A program made the position numbers and the translations under genes. A stretch of 64,000 nucleotides of DNA from Styela clava (lineage: Eukaryota). Below the pieces are notes generated by a model. That model ran no database searches and was not told where the DNA came from. It was given only the letters and a program-made list of their open reading frames with translations. Below are positions 1 through 12,469 of the stretch, piece after piece. How positions within the stretch are numbered: the stretch's first letter is position 1; each line of letters starts with the position of its first letter. The DNA is taken from positions 5,704,001 through 5,768,000 of the forward strand of contig NC_135260.1 of NCBI RefSeq assembly GCF_964204865.1, given 5' to 3'.

Positions 1-112
1 ACAATTGAAAAAGTATTATAAAATATATTTGATTTATAAATGTGTTTTAAAATTCGTAGTATTTTAAAAAAAAAAGGGTATATTGCAAATGAATAACTCA
101 ATTCCTTTTTAG

Positions 113-2305
113 CATTTGGTATTGGTCTGAATGAAGCAGCACAATGCACTGACTGTCCAACTACAAAACTTGGAACAGAGAGCAAGAGTATCACATATGG
201 ACCAATTTATAAATACAACTGCTGGTGTGATTGGACAATACCAACAAGTATTGAGACAGATCATGAAACAGCAGTTGTTCTGTTGTTGCAGAATGTTTCA
301 CTGCCATTGACAACTGGTAGTGGACATACAGACTGCTCTGGAGAAATCAGATTCCCAAGTTAGATATATTTTAAAACTACTCAACTATTACTACACTACT
401 ACGTTATATACAATTCTAATATACAGAAACAATTAACAAAAAAAAACATTAATACCGGTAAATACAAAATTGTATCAATGCTTTTACAGGCACTGATGGA
501 TACAAATGTGAATTTGCAATCAACTACTGTCTTGTATTTGCAACTGCAGTAACCATTTGCAATATCAACAAAATCAGAGAGAAAATTCCAGTTGCAAATC
601 ACACCTGTGATTCAATTATTCCATGGAATAAAGCTGGAGGAAGTCCATATGAGATACAATACTATGCAGCAAACCGTGCTGATTACTCAAAATACTTCAC
701 AATACAATATCTTGTAATAGATTGCACACCAACAACATCTGCACTGAGTGAGTAATTTTTTTTTTATGCAATGCCTAATCATGTCTTATGCTCAAGTAAT
801 CACAGATATAGCAATCTATAAAGAACCATATTTATCACACCCGGGTGAGGTGGTGGGATGGGGGAACCTGAGATGTGTAACGTACAACAGGAGTGGGCAA
901 GGTTTTTGGACTAGGGGCCAGAAAGTTTGCCCACCTAGAATGACGGACCATGTAAGTATAACGTGAAAAGTTACATTTTATGAACGATACTTAGTGTTAC
1001 AAAAGCAAAAGTGGAAAACAATAAGCCTCGTGCCAAAACTAAATTAATCGTTTTAGTTTGGTTATGGCAGCATCAGGTGGGACAAATTAAACTACCAAAT
1101 AAGCCGGATTTAGTCCGCGGGCTGTAGTTTGCCCATGTCGGTCTTACAATGTCAACACAGTTTAAGTGTAACACCTTAACCACTAGGGTCAGGCGACCAT
1201 GCCCATATTGCTCTTGTTGAACAATATAACTCAATTTCAGGATGTGAGAATCAAACTTTTATTACAAAATTTTAGCCACGATAACTGAGCAAGCAACAAC
1301 AACTCATCCAAAAAATACATCATCTGATAAAATATACTTTGATTCAACCACTAAATCAACCAGAACATCTGGCAAAACTCAAAGTCCTATTAAAGACTGT
1401 GAATGCGACAGCACTGAAACATCACTGATCATTGCTATTCCAGTATCAGGAATTGCGGGTTTGACCATTGGAGTTTTGTTGACACTCATAATACCAAAGT
1501 AAGCATAGATGTTATAAATTATATGAATAACATTCATGCGCACAGTTACTCAAGTATGCTTGAATACAAGATATTAACAAAGTATTCAACCCAGTACTGT
1601 TAAGTCAGTTATATTCTTCATCTTCTGATTGTAAGACGATCAAAATTCTAACCCAGTCCAGTCTCAAGCTGCTAACCATGAGTTGACAAGATTTTGACCT
1701 CAACTCTCAACTCCACAAATAATAAAAATACCCACTGATTCTATCGCCTGATGTCTATTTTCTATTGAATCAAGTTGATTCGAAGTTTCAATCTAATTCA
1801 AAGTTTAAAGAAAAAACATAGTACTGAATCCAGATACTGCTGGATGACAATACTTTAACTATGGACACTGTGGAATTTGCAAACACTCTTAGTTTCATTT
1901 AAAAACGCTTATAACGATAGAATCTTGCAAACTCATTTCTTTAATAAAAACGACCATGTTTTCGATAACAGCCTCAAATACTGAATTCAAGTTTTTGTGT
2001 TGGGTCCCAGCGACGTAATGAAGCGGATGTCAAATTAAAAACGATCAAAAATCTTTCATTAACTTATATTTCTATCAAACACCAGATATTGCAACAACAA
2101 CGAAAAGAAACCAAAATACAAAGATTCAATGGAAATGGGAAGCATTCAACATCAGCAGCCAACTGTCCATGAACGAACAACATATGAAAACTACACACCA
2201 ACATCAGATGAAAGTGGATATGAAGTTCCGAATCAAGTTGATAACAAGAATGAACAACAATACGAGGTTATAATACCTGGAAAGGAATATCAATATGACA
2301 ACTGA
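113..2305 (+). CDS. Copy 1 (5'-partial): CUB-like type I membrane receptor with tyrosine-motif tail
   Basis: Exons 113-358, 490-747, 1276-1498, 2086-2305, all AG/GT-bounded and open in frame; exon 1 lies upstream of the window. Ectodomain CTDC...GPIYKYNCWCDWTIP...AVVLLLQNVSLP...DCSGEIRFP...YFTIQYLVIDC; TM LIIAIPVSGIAGLTIGVLLTLII; tail TYENY...SGYEVP...QYEVI...YQYDN*. Confidence 0.88.
770..1204 (-). mobile_element. tRNA-derived SINE remnant in intron 3, interrupted by the hAT MITE (also in copies 2, 6, 7, 10)
   Basis: The minus strand reads an A-box-like TG(A/G)CCCTAGTGGTTAAGG, then after the MITE a degenerate B-box CAGGTTCCCC and a CTTGAGCATAAGACA body motif. Confidence 0.5.
888..1141. mobile_element. 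hAT-type MITE in intron 3 (same insertion at 6808-7122, 34558-34873, 39746-40057, 59488-59795)
   Basis: Imperfect TIRs CAGGAGTGGGCAA...TTGCCCATGTC(G/A)G; TSD (A/T)CCTACAA, clearest in copy 2; GGCCCGCGGGC subterminal motif. Absent from the homologous site of copy 9 (~54335). Confidence 0.75.
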
Positions 2306-4701
2306 AAGCTTCGACATATCTTTTTCACAGTCACGAAACTATGCCACAGAACTTTTGTAACATAAATTTTGGCAAAAACATGAACTTAACATTCGATCAG
2401 CTCTACTGAACAATTTAGAAGTTGTTTGCATCTTTAATATATTCTCACATTCTCTCTCTTTAATATATTCTTTTCTCATGTAGTTTCTTATCTGGGGAAA
2501 TTCTAGCCTAAGCAGCCACTCAGCATATTCTACTAATACAGATAATCCTTGAGTGAGTGTGCATGAGTAGATAATCAGGGGACTAATCAAGATATTTGCA
2601 TGATAGCGTCTACATCAGTGGTTTCCAAACTTATACGTACTGTTGCCCTCTTACAGCACTCTGTATATCATTATCACCCCCGGCAAATAAAGAAGAAAAA
2701 TTGAAAACACATGCATTAAGAAACCAATTAAAAAAAAAACAGAATAATAGAACATGATGTTTGTGAGAGAGACATGCTTACGATATTCAGCTAATTTATT
2801 CAATGTTCATAGATATTTTGTTCAGGTATAATCTTAGATCGCCCATTTGTTTGTGTTGGAACTAAAAACCTTTATGGTTCTACTTCTTCATTAATCAACA
2901 GGTATTTGAGATAACTTGCAACAAAATATATCAAATTCCTTTTTGCAAAAATGTATTTTGGTTTGCGATAATTTTGACTATTTAAAAAGAAGCATTACAC
3001 CCGAAGTCTCCCTCCAATGTGACTCCTTCACCCCCAAGAGGGTGCTACTGGTTTCTTATTATAACAAAATCAAGTTTACACAACTGGTGACTGACAAATG
3101 TTAGTATTTTTACATGCTTCTTAATCGCAATGAATTTGAAATGCTTCTATAAAAGGTATTCTTGCCTGTTTTCTGATTTCTGTTTCACTTCTCTTTTGAT
3201 TTTTCAACTTCCACTTCTGAGAATTATGTTGTTTCAAAGATTCTGTGAAATGAATGAAATATATTATACAAATGTCAAATAAATATTTACAGTTTCTATT
3301 CACAAAAGTCTTCTTCTGGTTTATAAATTAGATTTATTCACTTTGCACTCCAATCAAGGCTTCAGATAAACAGTCAGTAAAAATACAACCTAAATACACA
3401 ACTATATACACACAATCGACATCATCATTAAAATATTTTGTAAAACCAACTCATGTTACAAACTTCATCTCTCCAGCCTAAGCTGTAAAAAAACAGCCAA
3501 TGAGACATAATGAGACTGCTGAAATCAAAAACAGCATAATCCTTGCAGTTCAGCAAACTCTAAGCAATACATAACCATTTGGGATAAGTTTCGGAATGAA
3601 TTGTTTAGTGGAACAAATGAGAGCAAAATGAAAACCGAAATCTATGAGAACAAAACTAATCTAACAGGTATTAAAGTGTCCAACATATATTGAATATTGT
3701 ATTAAAAATTGTATTCTCCTATTCTCAAATAATTCAATATAGATTGTGAAGCAAGGCAATGTTCCCTGAAGTCTGAATTATATTAGAAGAAAGATTAAGC
3801 AACATTTATGAATCTGAATCTAATATATGTTCAATGTAGTGAAAAAAACCTGACTGAAGTATATAAAAATATGAATGAGGGGAACCACTTCCCACTTCTC
3901 TCAATAAAAAGGAAAATAAATGTGACTCGTGATTGAGTTAATCTACCATTTATGGTGACTGTGGATATAGCCCCACATCAAAAAATTATACCCATTAATA
4001 AAAATTTACTTAATAAATATTTATAGACAGAAGATGGCTGGATATCTGAAGATGACATACTTCCTGATTGTCGGTTGACATTCTGACAATTTCTTCACCT
4101 ATGAGTGATAATTCAACTTTCTATAAACCAGAATGAACGATGCTAATGGTATGTAATACAATAAATATCTATAATCAGCAGTATTTGATGAAACAATCAT
4201 CAGTGAGCATTGCTAATAATTTTAGCAGAGGGAAACTAGTTTGAATTAATTTTATAGGATTTATAAGTTTAGACATTATTAGTGGACTGAAATGAAAGAA
4301 CAACAATTTACAAGAATATTTCTGTAACGTTTCATCTGACCAAAGACAGACTTCCTCAGACAAGGAGTTTACAACAATCAGGACTCTTGAATTGCATAGT
4401 ATAGTCATGTTCATCCCTTCTACAGCATCCTTCCAATATACGCATACGGATCCACAAGCATAGAGGGCATAGAAGAAGGATGGGAGTTAGTCTCGCGTAA
4501 CCAAGCACACAATTTACAAGATGTCGCAATAATACAGAAATTTTCAAGTTTCGTTCGACTAAAAATCTTTCATAAAACGGTTTCCAGCAATATGGCTGAA
4601 GCTTTACAGTAGGTTTGACATCTCAAATGTTTTCTTTCAAAATGGCCTACGAAAGTATTTTCTCATTTCAGAAAAGGACCCAGTCCTATAGTTGAGTAAT
4701 C

Positions 4702-4878
4702 GATACTCCCGTAGTATATGTACCAGGTAGGGTTAGGTCATAATTTTATTCAGATTTTCCTTATTTTAGTTTTATTACCAGTTCACAGTTCAGGGACTGT
4801 CTGTGTTAACCAAGTGAATATACTCCCTGCCCATAGGTTTCAGTCCCTTTTCACAACTTGATGTAAAGTAGGCGCGCC
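4702..4878. mobile_element. Merlin-like MITE upstream of copy 2
   Basis: 8-bp TSD GAGTAATC on both sides; right end partly deleted. The same insertion site recurs at 45756-45961 and 62632-62843, and as partial copies near 30294, 38047-38205, 44049 and 51183. Confidence 0.7.
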
Positions 4879-5074
4879 GAGTAATCTATAAATATATCAA
4901 TGAGTAAGTAGACTAACAATTCAAAATAAGTATATCAGCAATTTCAAATAATATCCATCAACCTAAACTAGAAACTAACCTGTTTAAGGACTGTTTGACC
5001 TATGAATCAAATGTAACAAATTGTAATAAAGGGATTATTACACTCCTACACAAATGACAAACATTACAAAATGT

Positions 5075-5392
5075 CAAGATAATACATGACACAAGTAGAT
5101 CGTCAATGTGTTGTAATGATATTTCGTCCACATCAATAATTATAATATTGATATAAGTCAGTAATCATTACATAGTAGCAACCTAAGGAGGTGTTTAACA
5201 GTCACTGATTCACATTAACAAGAAGAGATTCTGAATATAAATCAGAGACTAGTCACATCAAGTATTGAGACAGGTCTTATATTTTGTCAGTTGGATTTTG
5301 TCTTTATCTATGTTAGTACTGTGTAATAAATTGAGTGATTGAAAAAACAAAGCAAAGAGAAGATCAAAGAAGTTGCTGAAGATAAACTCAAC
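5075..5392 (+). promoter_or_regulatory. Conserved proximal promoter / 5' UTR block of the family (representative copy)
   Basis: A ~320-bp block recurs directly before the ATG of copies 2, 3, 4, 6, 7, 8, 9, 10 and 11. It contains AGATAA and TTATCT (GATA-type), TTACGTAG (bZIP-like), TGATTCA (AP-1-like), TATAAA (deleted in copy 11) and TATTTTGTCAG. Factor assignments are inference. Confidence 0.55.
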
Positions 5393-8293
5393 ATGTGGAA
5401 ACATTCAAAACCCTTCAATATCAAATGGATGTTCATCCAGATAATTGGTGAGATCTTACTTACATAAAGTTTTTACATCGTTACAGTTGTTTGTGTGACT
5501 GTAATGTGATCCGAATCTAATTTGTTAACAGCAAATTTTATTATAAAAAAAATATTTCCTATGAATTTACATCCAGATCCAAAGACAATAATTTTAAGAT
5601 CACATTTTGATAATATTAATATGATTTTCTAATTTCTCAAATGTTTAAAGACATGAATAAAAAAGTATTATATACATTAATAGCTGAAGACTTTGTACGT
5701 GTTACAGATATAAGGGCATTTCTAACTTTGCGACCCTTCATCAGAATATTGAAGATTTTCAACAAGTAAAATTTAACTTTCGAATGCAATTGATCCAGTT
5801 TTTGTATTCCTTGTAGTACTTACCATTGGTCTGAGTGGAGCCCAAAAATGCACTGATTGTCCCAGTGCAATACTTGGAACCGAAAGCAAGAGCATAACAT
5901 ATGGACCAAGTAATAAGCGCAACTGCCAATGTGATTGGACAATACCAACAAGTATGGACACAGATCATGAAACTGCAGTTGTTATGTTGTTACAGAATGT
6001 TTCATTGCCTTTGACAACAGATGTTGGCAGTAGTACAGAGTGCTCTGGAGAAATCAGATTCCCAAGTAAGTCCAATTCTTTTAAACAAAGGATACATTAG
6101 TTACTAGATCACAATTATTGGCCACAGCCACAGCCCGCCGCCAGAATTTCCAAAACCGGGGTTGTTCAAAATCTTTAACAGCTTCGGTGTGTAACGCCGA
6201 CGAAAACAATAGGCAGTTTTAGCAAAAGTAGGCATGTAAATTTGTACACAATAACATCTGGTACTCTCCTGTTTATCCAGTAATTTTCAAAAGAAGGTGG
6301 GCGTTGAATCTGAAACCCCATTCTGGCTGCGCTACTGTCCAAATATTAGATTGCCTGATACCACTAATAATTTATTCAAGAATACTAATGTGCTTTTTAC
6401 AGGCACTAATGTATACAAATGTGATCTTGTAGGCAACTACTGTCTTGCATTTGCAACTGCATCAAGCATTTGCAACATCAACAAAATCAGAGAGAAAATT
6501 CCAGTTGCAAATCACACCTGTGATTCAATCATTTCATGGAATAAAGCTGGGGGAAGCCCATACAAGATACAATACTATGCAAAATACTTTGCTGGTTACA
6601 CAAAATACTTCACAATACAATATCTTGTAATCGATTGTAGACCAACAACCACACCTGCACTCAGTGAGTAATTTTCGTTATTTTAGACAGTGCTCAATTG
6701 AGTCTTATGCTCAAGTAATCACAGATATACCAATCTATAAAGAACCATATTTATCACACCCGGGTGAGGTGGTGGAATGGGGGGAACCTGAGATGTGTAA
6801 CCTACAACAGGAGTGGGCAAGGTTTTTAGACTAGAGGCCAGAAATTTTGCCCACCCAGAATGGCGGGCCATGTTAGTATAACATAAAAAGTTACATTTTA
6901 TGAACGATACTTAGTGATACAAAAGCAAAAGTGGAAAACAATAAGCCTCATGCCAAAACTAAATTAATCGCAATCTCAACAAATTCTTTGAAGTATTTTT
7001 TAGCTAAAATATCAAAAATTTAAAAATTTAGTTTTAGTTTGGTTATGGCAGCATCAGGTGGGACAAATTAAACTACCAAATGAGCCGGATTTGGCCCGCG
7101 GGCTGTAGTTTGCCCATGTCGGTCCTACAATGTCAACACAGTTTAAGTGTAACACCTTAACCACTAGGGTCAGGCGACCATGCCAATATTGCTCTTGTTG
7201 AACGATATAACTCAATTTCGGGATGTGAGAATCAAACTTTCATTACAAAATTTTAGCCACGATAACTGAGCAAGCAACAACAACTCATCCAAAAAATACA
7301 TCATCTGATAAAATATACTTTGACTCAACCACTGAATCAACCAGAACATCTGGCAAAACTCAAAGTCCTATCAAAGACTGTGAATGCAACAGCACTGAAA
7401 CATCACTGATCATTGCTATTCCAGTATCAGGAATTGTGGGTTTGACCATTGGAGTTTTGTTGACATTCATAACACCAAAGTAAGCATAGATGGTATAAAT
7501 TAGATGAATATCATTTATGCGCACAGTTACTCAAGTATGCTTGAATACAAGATATTAACAAAGTATTCAACCTAGTACTGCTAAGTCAGGTATATCTTCA
7601 TCTTCTGATTGTAAGACGATCAAAATTCTAACCCAGTCCAGTCTCAAGCTGCTAACCATGAGTTGACAAGATTTTGACCTCAACTCTCAACTCCACAAAT
7701 AATAAAAATACCCATTGATTCTATCGCCTGATGTCTATTTTCTATTGAATCAAGTTGATTCGAAGTTTCAATCTAATTCAAAGTTTAAAGAAAAAAACAT
7801 AGTACTGTATCCAGATACTGCTGGAAGACAATATTTTAACTATGAACACTGTGGAATTTGCAAACATTTTTAGTTTCATTTAGAAATGCTTATGAGGATA
7901 GAATCTTGCAAACTCATAATTTTAATAATAACTAAGTCCGACCATGTTTTCGATAGCAGCCTCAAATACTGAATTCAAGTTTTTGTGGGGGGCCCAGTGA
8001 GGTAATGAAGCGGATGTCACAATTAAAAACGATCAAAAATCTTTCATTAACTTATATTTCTATCAAACACCAGATATTGCAACAACAACAAAAAAAAACC
8101 AAAGAACAAAGATTCAATGGAAATGGGAAGCATTCAACATCAGCAACCAAATGTTCACAAACGAACAACATATGAAAACTACACACCAACATCAGATGAA
8201 AGTGGATATGCAGTTCCGAATCAAGTTGATAACAAGAATGAACAACAATACGAAGTTATAATAACTGGAAAGGAATATCAATATGACAATTGA
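5393..8293 (+). CDS. Copy 2: intact CUB-like receptor, ~335 aa
   Basis: Exons 5393-5447, 5817-6065, 6403-6663, 7257-7479, 8074-8293 (1008 nt, open). Signal peptide MWKHSKPFNIKWMFIQIIVLTIGLSGA; tail YENY, GYAVP, QYEVI, YQYDN. Confidence 0.9.
6126..6337. mobile_element. Old MITE remnant in intron 2 (shared by copies 2, 3, 6)
   Basis: Right end CTGGCTGCGCTACTG and a degraded complementary left end; absent from the short intron 2 of copies 1, 4, 5, 7, 9, 10, 11. Confidence 0.45.
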
Positions 8294-10160
8294 AAGCTTC
8301 GACATATCTTTTTCACAGTCACGAAACTATGCCACAGAACTTTTGTAACATAAATTTTGGCAAAAACATGAACTTAACATTCGATCAGCTCTACTGAACA
8401 ATTTAGAAGTTGTTTGCATCTTTAATATATTCTCACATTCTCTCTCTTTAATATATTCTTTTCTCATGTAGTTTCTTACCTGGGAGAAATTCTAGCCTAA
8501 GCAGCCAATCAGCATATTCTACTAATACAGATAATCCTTGAGTGAGTGTGCAAGAGTAGATAACCAATGGACCAATCAAGATCTTTGCATGATAGCGTCT
8601 ACATCAGTGGTTTTCAAACTTATACGTACTGTTGCCCTCTTACAGCACTCTGTATATCATTATCACCCCCGGCAAATAAAGAAGAAGAAAAATTGAAAAC
8701 ACATGCATTAAGAAACCAATTAAAAAAAAAACAGAATAATAGAACATGATGTTTGTGAGAGAGACATGCTTACGATATTCAGCTAATTTATTCAATTTCC
8801 AGAGATATTTTGGTCAGGTACAATCTTAGATCGCCCATTTGTTTGTGTTGGAACTAAAAACCTTATGGTTCTACTTCTTCATTAATCAACAGGTATTTGA
8901 GCTAACTTGCAACAAAATATATCAAATTCCTTTTTGCAAAAATTCATTTTGGTTTTCAATAATTTTGACTATTTAAAAAGAAGCATTACACCCGAATTCT
9001 CCCTCCAATGTGACTCCTTCACCCACAAGAGGACGCTACTGGTTTCTTTTTATAACAAAATCCAGTTTATACAACTGGTGATTGACAAATGTCAGTATTT
9101 TTACATGCTTCTTACTCGCAATGAATTTGAAATGCTTCTAAAATAAGTATTCTTGCCTGTTTTCAGATTTCTTTTTCACTTCTCTTTTGATTTTTCAACT
9201 TCCATTTCTGAGAATTATGTTGTTTCAAAGATTCTGTGAAATGAATGAAATAAATTATACAAATGTCAAATAAATATTTACAGTTTCTATTCATAAAAGT
9301 CTTCTTCTAGTTTAAAAATTAGATTTATTCAATATAAGAAGCAGGTCATAGTATAAACACTTTTCACTCCAATCAAGGCTACAGACAAGCAGTCACTGGA
9401 AAAATGAAGAAAACAACTTAAATACACTTTATACACAATGTTAGCATCGTTCATTCATTAGAACACTATAATAATTTGTTAACTCAACTCAAGTTACAAA
9501 CTATATCACTCTATCCAAAGACTGCTGAAATCATAAACAGCATAATCCTTGCAGTTCAGCAAACATACATAACCAACTGAGTTAGTTTAGGAGTGAATTG
9601 TTAAGTAGAACAAAATGAGAGAAAAATGAAAACCGAAATCTATGGGGACAAAACTAATCTAACAGGTATTAAGCTGTCCAACATATATTGAATATTGTAT
9701 TAAAAATTGTATTCTTCTATTATTGAATAATTCAATATAGATTGTGGAGCAAGGCAATGTTCCCTGATATCCGAATTATACTAAGCGAGAGATAAGCAAC
9801 ATTTATGAATCTGATTCATACATATGTTCAATGTAATGAAAAAACCTGACCAAGGTTTATAAAAATATGTATAAAAAGGAAACCACTACCAACTCTTCTC
9901 AATAACAAGGGAAATAAATGTGACTCATAGTACGTTAATCTACCATTTATGGTGACTGTGGATATGGCTCCACCCAAAACATACACACACCTTAAAAAGA
10001 TTGCTATATCATTACGGACAGATTGAAAGATTAAGCATGAGAATCCCAACAGTTTAAAATAGGGAATACCTTAGGGTTTTACACAATAATTGATTGAATG
10101 GTTCACTGTGTAGAACAGTGGTTCCAAACCTATTTTCTAAATTACCCATTTCCATTTTAA

Positions 10161-10833
10161 CCCTTTCCGTGCGGTGGGCACGTATACGTACCCACGACAA
10201 AACTCGCTAGATTGCGGCGGGTACGTTGATGTACTCCACTGTTTTATTTAGCAATCGATCGCAAACTGTTGGTCTAGTTTTTCCGGGTTTTAGTTTATTG
10301 ATAAGAAGTCTTCTTCTAGATTAACATAAGCGACGGTAAATCTCGCTTTCCTTTACCATGGGAATTTTATTTGCGGCGGAACGAGGGAGTGTTTTTGAAA
10401 TTTATGCAAATTTCGGTGTTTTTTGGGTGGTAATAGAAGACATATTATCCCTTCCATCTACCAAAGTGTTTTGAGTTAGATAACGAAATTGCTACAGCAA
10501 TATTATGCTATTGCTTGCCAACCAAGAAGCGGTAACAGTAAAGGATTTAGCGAATATTTCTATTTTTTATCACGGTTTGAAGTTTCAACACCCAAGAAAA
10601 AAAAATGCCTTTTTTCCATCCGGTTTGTGACTCAGACCACCCCTTTTAAAATTTTTTTTTTTTAAACACCAATTGCAAGCTCTATAAAATAAGCTTTCCA
10701 ACGAGCCGTCAGTGGGAAGCAGAAGATCATTACTTTTTCGTTAGTCGATCGATTAGTTGTGGGGATACAAATGCATAAAGTCGGCGTAGCAAATACGATT
10801 ATTTAATAAAAAATAAAAATCGCATGGAAATGG
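10161..10833. mobile_element. piggyBac-type MITE
   Basis: TTAA on both sides; TIRs CCCTTTCCGTGCG...CGCATGGAAATGG; an inverted second copy lies at 29266-29920. Confidence 0.9.
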
Positions 10834-11089
10834 TTAAAGAGGGTTTTCATTTTCCACATACTAAGGAATCCCATAAAATTTGGTAAACCCTAGTTTAATT
10901 GTGTGTGGAAATCGAGAATCCTAGTCTGTTTGAGGCATTTGTATTAAAGCTTTTGTAAAAGCTTGTGGTTAAAGGGAAAAGTTGAAATGCAATGCTTCGA
11001 TTAACTGCCCATAGTGTCACGCGACCATATTTATATAACTACGCAACATGTTTACAAGAAGTTTCCTCAAAATCTAAAGTACTTGTTAG

Positions 11090-11306
11090 GGTACTCCTGA
11101 AGTATGTGTACCAGGCTAGAATTAGACCATAATTTTATTCCAATTTTCCTTATTTTAGTTTTATTACGAGTTCGGGGAACTGTCTATGTTAGCCAAGTGA
11201 ATATATAACTCCTGCCCATAGAGGTCCGTCTCTTTATACAACTTGATGTTGAGTAGGCGAACGAAATTAGTTACCGGCATATTGGTACACATACTTCTGG
11301 AGCGCC
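11090..11306. mobile_element. Merlin-like MITE nested in the hAT element
   Basis: GGTACTCCTGAAGTATGTGTACC...GGTACACATACTTCTGGAGCGCC; flanks CTTGTTAG/CTTGTTGC. Confidence 0.7.
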
Positions 11307-12469
11307 CTTGTTGCCACCATGGCCATCTTTCTTTGCTTAGTGTTATGATTTTGATTGTGTAATGATATTGATTCATTGTGTTTACTAAACAATTACGTTT
11401 ATATCCCACAAGCAACCCCTTAATTTCTCACAAGTGAGGAATTATCCACCGGTTGGGAACCACTGGTGTTGAAGTTTAACTGCCATATAGACAACATAAA
11501 GTACCACCTCAAGTTATACATTGCTCTATGATTTGAGCCCAGGTTATCAGAAAATTGATATTTTAAATCCATTGTTTGAGTACATTTTAAATGTAAACGC
11601 ATTATTCATAAATAATTGTTAATATCAATAAAAAGAAATATGTCTTGCAATGTAAGAATATCTGAAGATATGCTTCTTGATAGTCAGTTGACATTTTGAC
11701 ACTTTATTCACCAATAAGTCACAATTCAACTCCCTATAAACCCGAAACAATAAAATGAAACAAATATCATAAAAATTTTATGAATAGATTTACTTCCTTT
11801 AGGAAGGTTTCCAGTAAATTAATCATTTGACAGTTTCTTCACCTATGAGTAGTAATTCAACATTTTATATATCTTCATCAGCGGTAATATATATATCATA
11901 CTGAAAGATCACTATAGTCAGCTCTAGATAAGAGGTTAATACTCAGCATCAGTAGAGTTCTGACCTGCCAGGAATTGCAAGAAAGTATGAAAGGTTCAAG
12001 ACTCATCATAATGATAAACCATCAACCAATAGCAACTAAATTGTGTCAAAATTAGTAAGAACTAGTTGGTTTATGACTCAAAAGTCAGATTTATAGCAAA
12101 GAAATTGCTATGATCCTATACGAATGACAAACATTACAAAATGCCAAGATAATACATGGCACAAGCAGATTATCACAATGTTGTAATAATATTTCGCCCA
12201 CATTCTCAATTATAATAATAAATATAAGTCAGTAATCATCCTTACGTAGTACCAACCACAGAGAGAGGTGTTTTATAGTCACTGATTCACATTACCAAGG
12301 AGAGATTTTGAATATAAATCAGATGGTTGTTACATGAAGTGTTGAGACAGGTCTTGTATTTTGTCAGTTGGATTGTGTCCTTATCTATGTTAGTACTGAG
12401 TAATGATTTAAGTGATTGATAAAACAAAGCAAAGAGAAGTTTAAAGAAGCTTCTGAAGATAAACTCAAC

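Larger units (their letters stand above)
10116..11465. mobile_element. Non-autonomous hAT element hosting two nested MITEs
   Basis: TIRs CAGTGGTTCCAAACC...GGTTGGGAACCACTG; TSD GTGTAGAA/GTGTTGAA; empty site GTGTAGAAGGTTAACTG near 51786. Confidence 0.85.

Noticed and set aside
399-602. Minus-strand and alternative-frame ORFs overlapping the exons (e.g. 399-602, 5759-5968, 33323-33709, 47457-47885, 54444-54809)
   Set aside because: They are shadows of the + strand coding exons; ends are not conserved between paralogs.
1170-1204. tRNA gene suggested by an A-box-like motif on the minus strand
   Set aside because: No cloverleaf, degenerate B-box, and interrupted by a MITE; better explained as a SINE head.
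2916-3104. Recurrent short ORFs MQQNISNSFLQK.../...LQCDSFTPK... (also 8907, 36682, 41804, 55861) as a second gene family
   Set aside because: Starts, stops and frames differ between copies and there is no consistent splice pattern; the similarity is explained by duplication of non-coding 3' flank.
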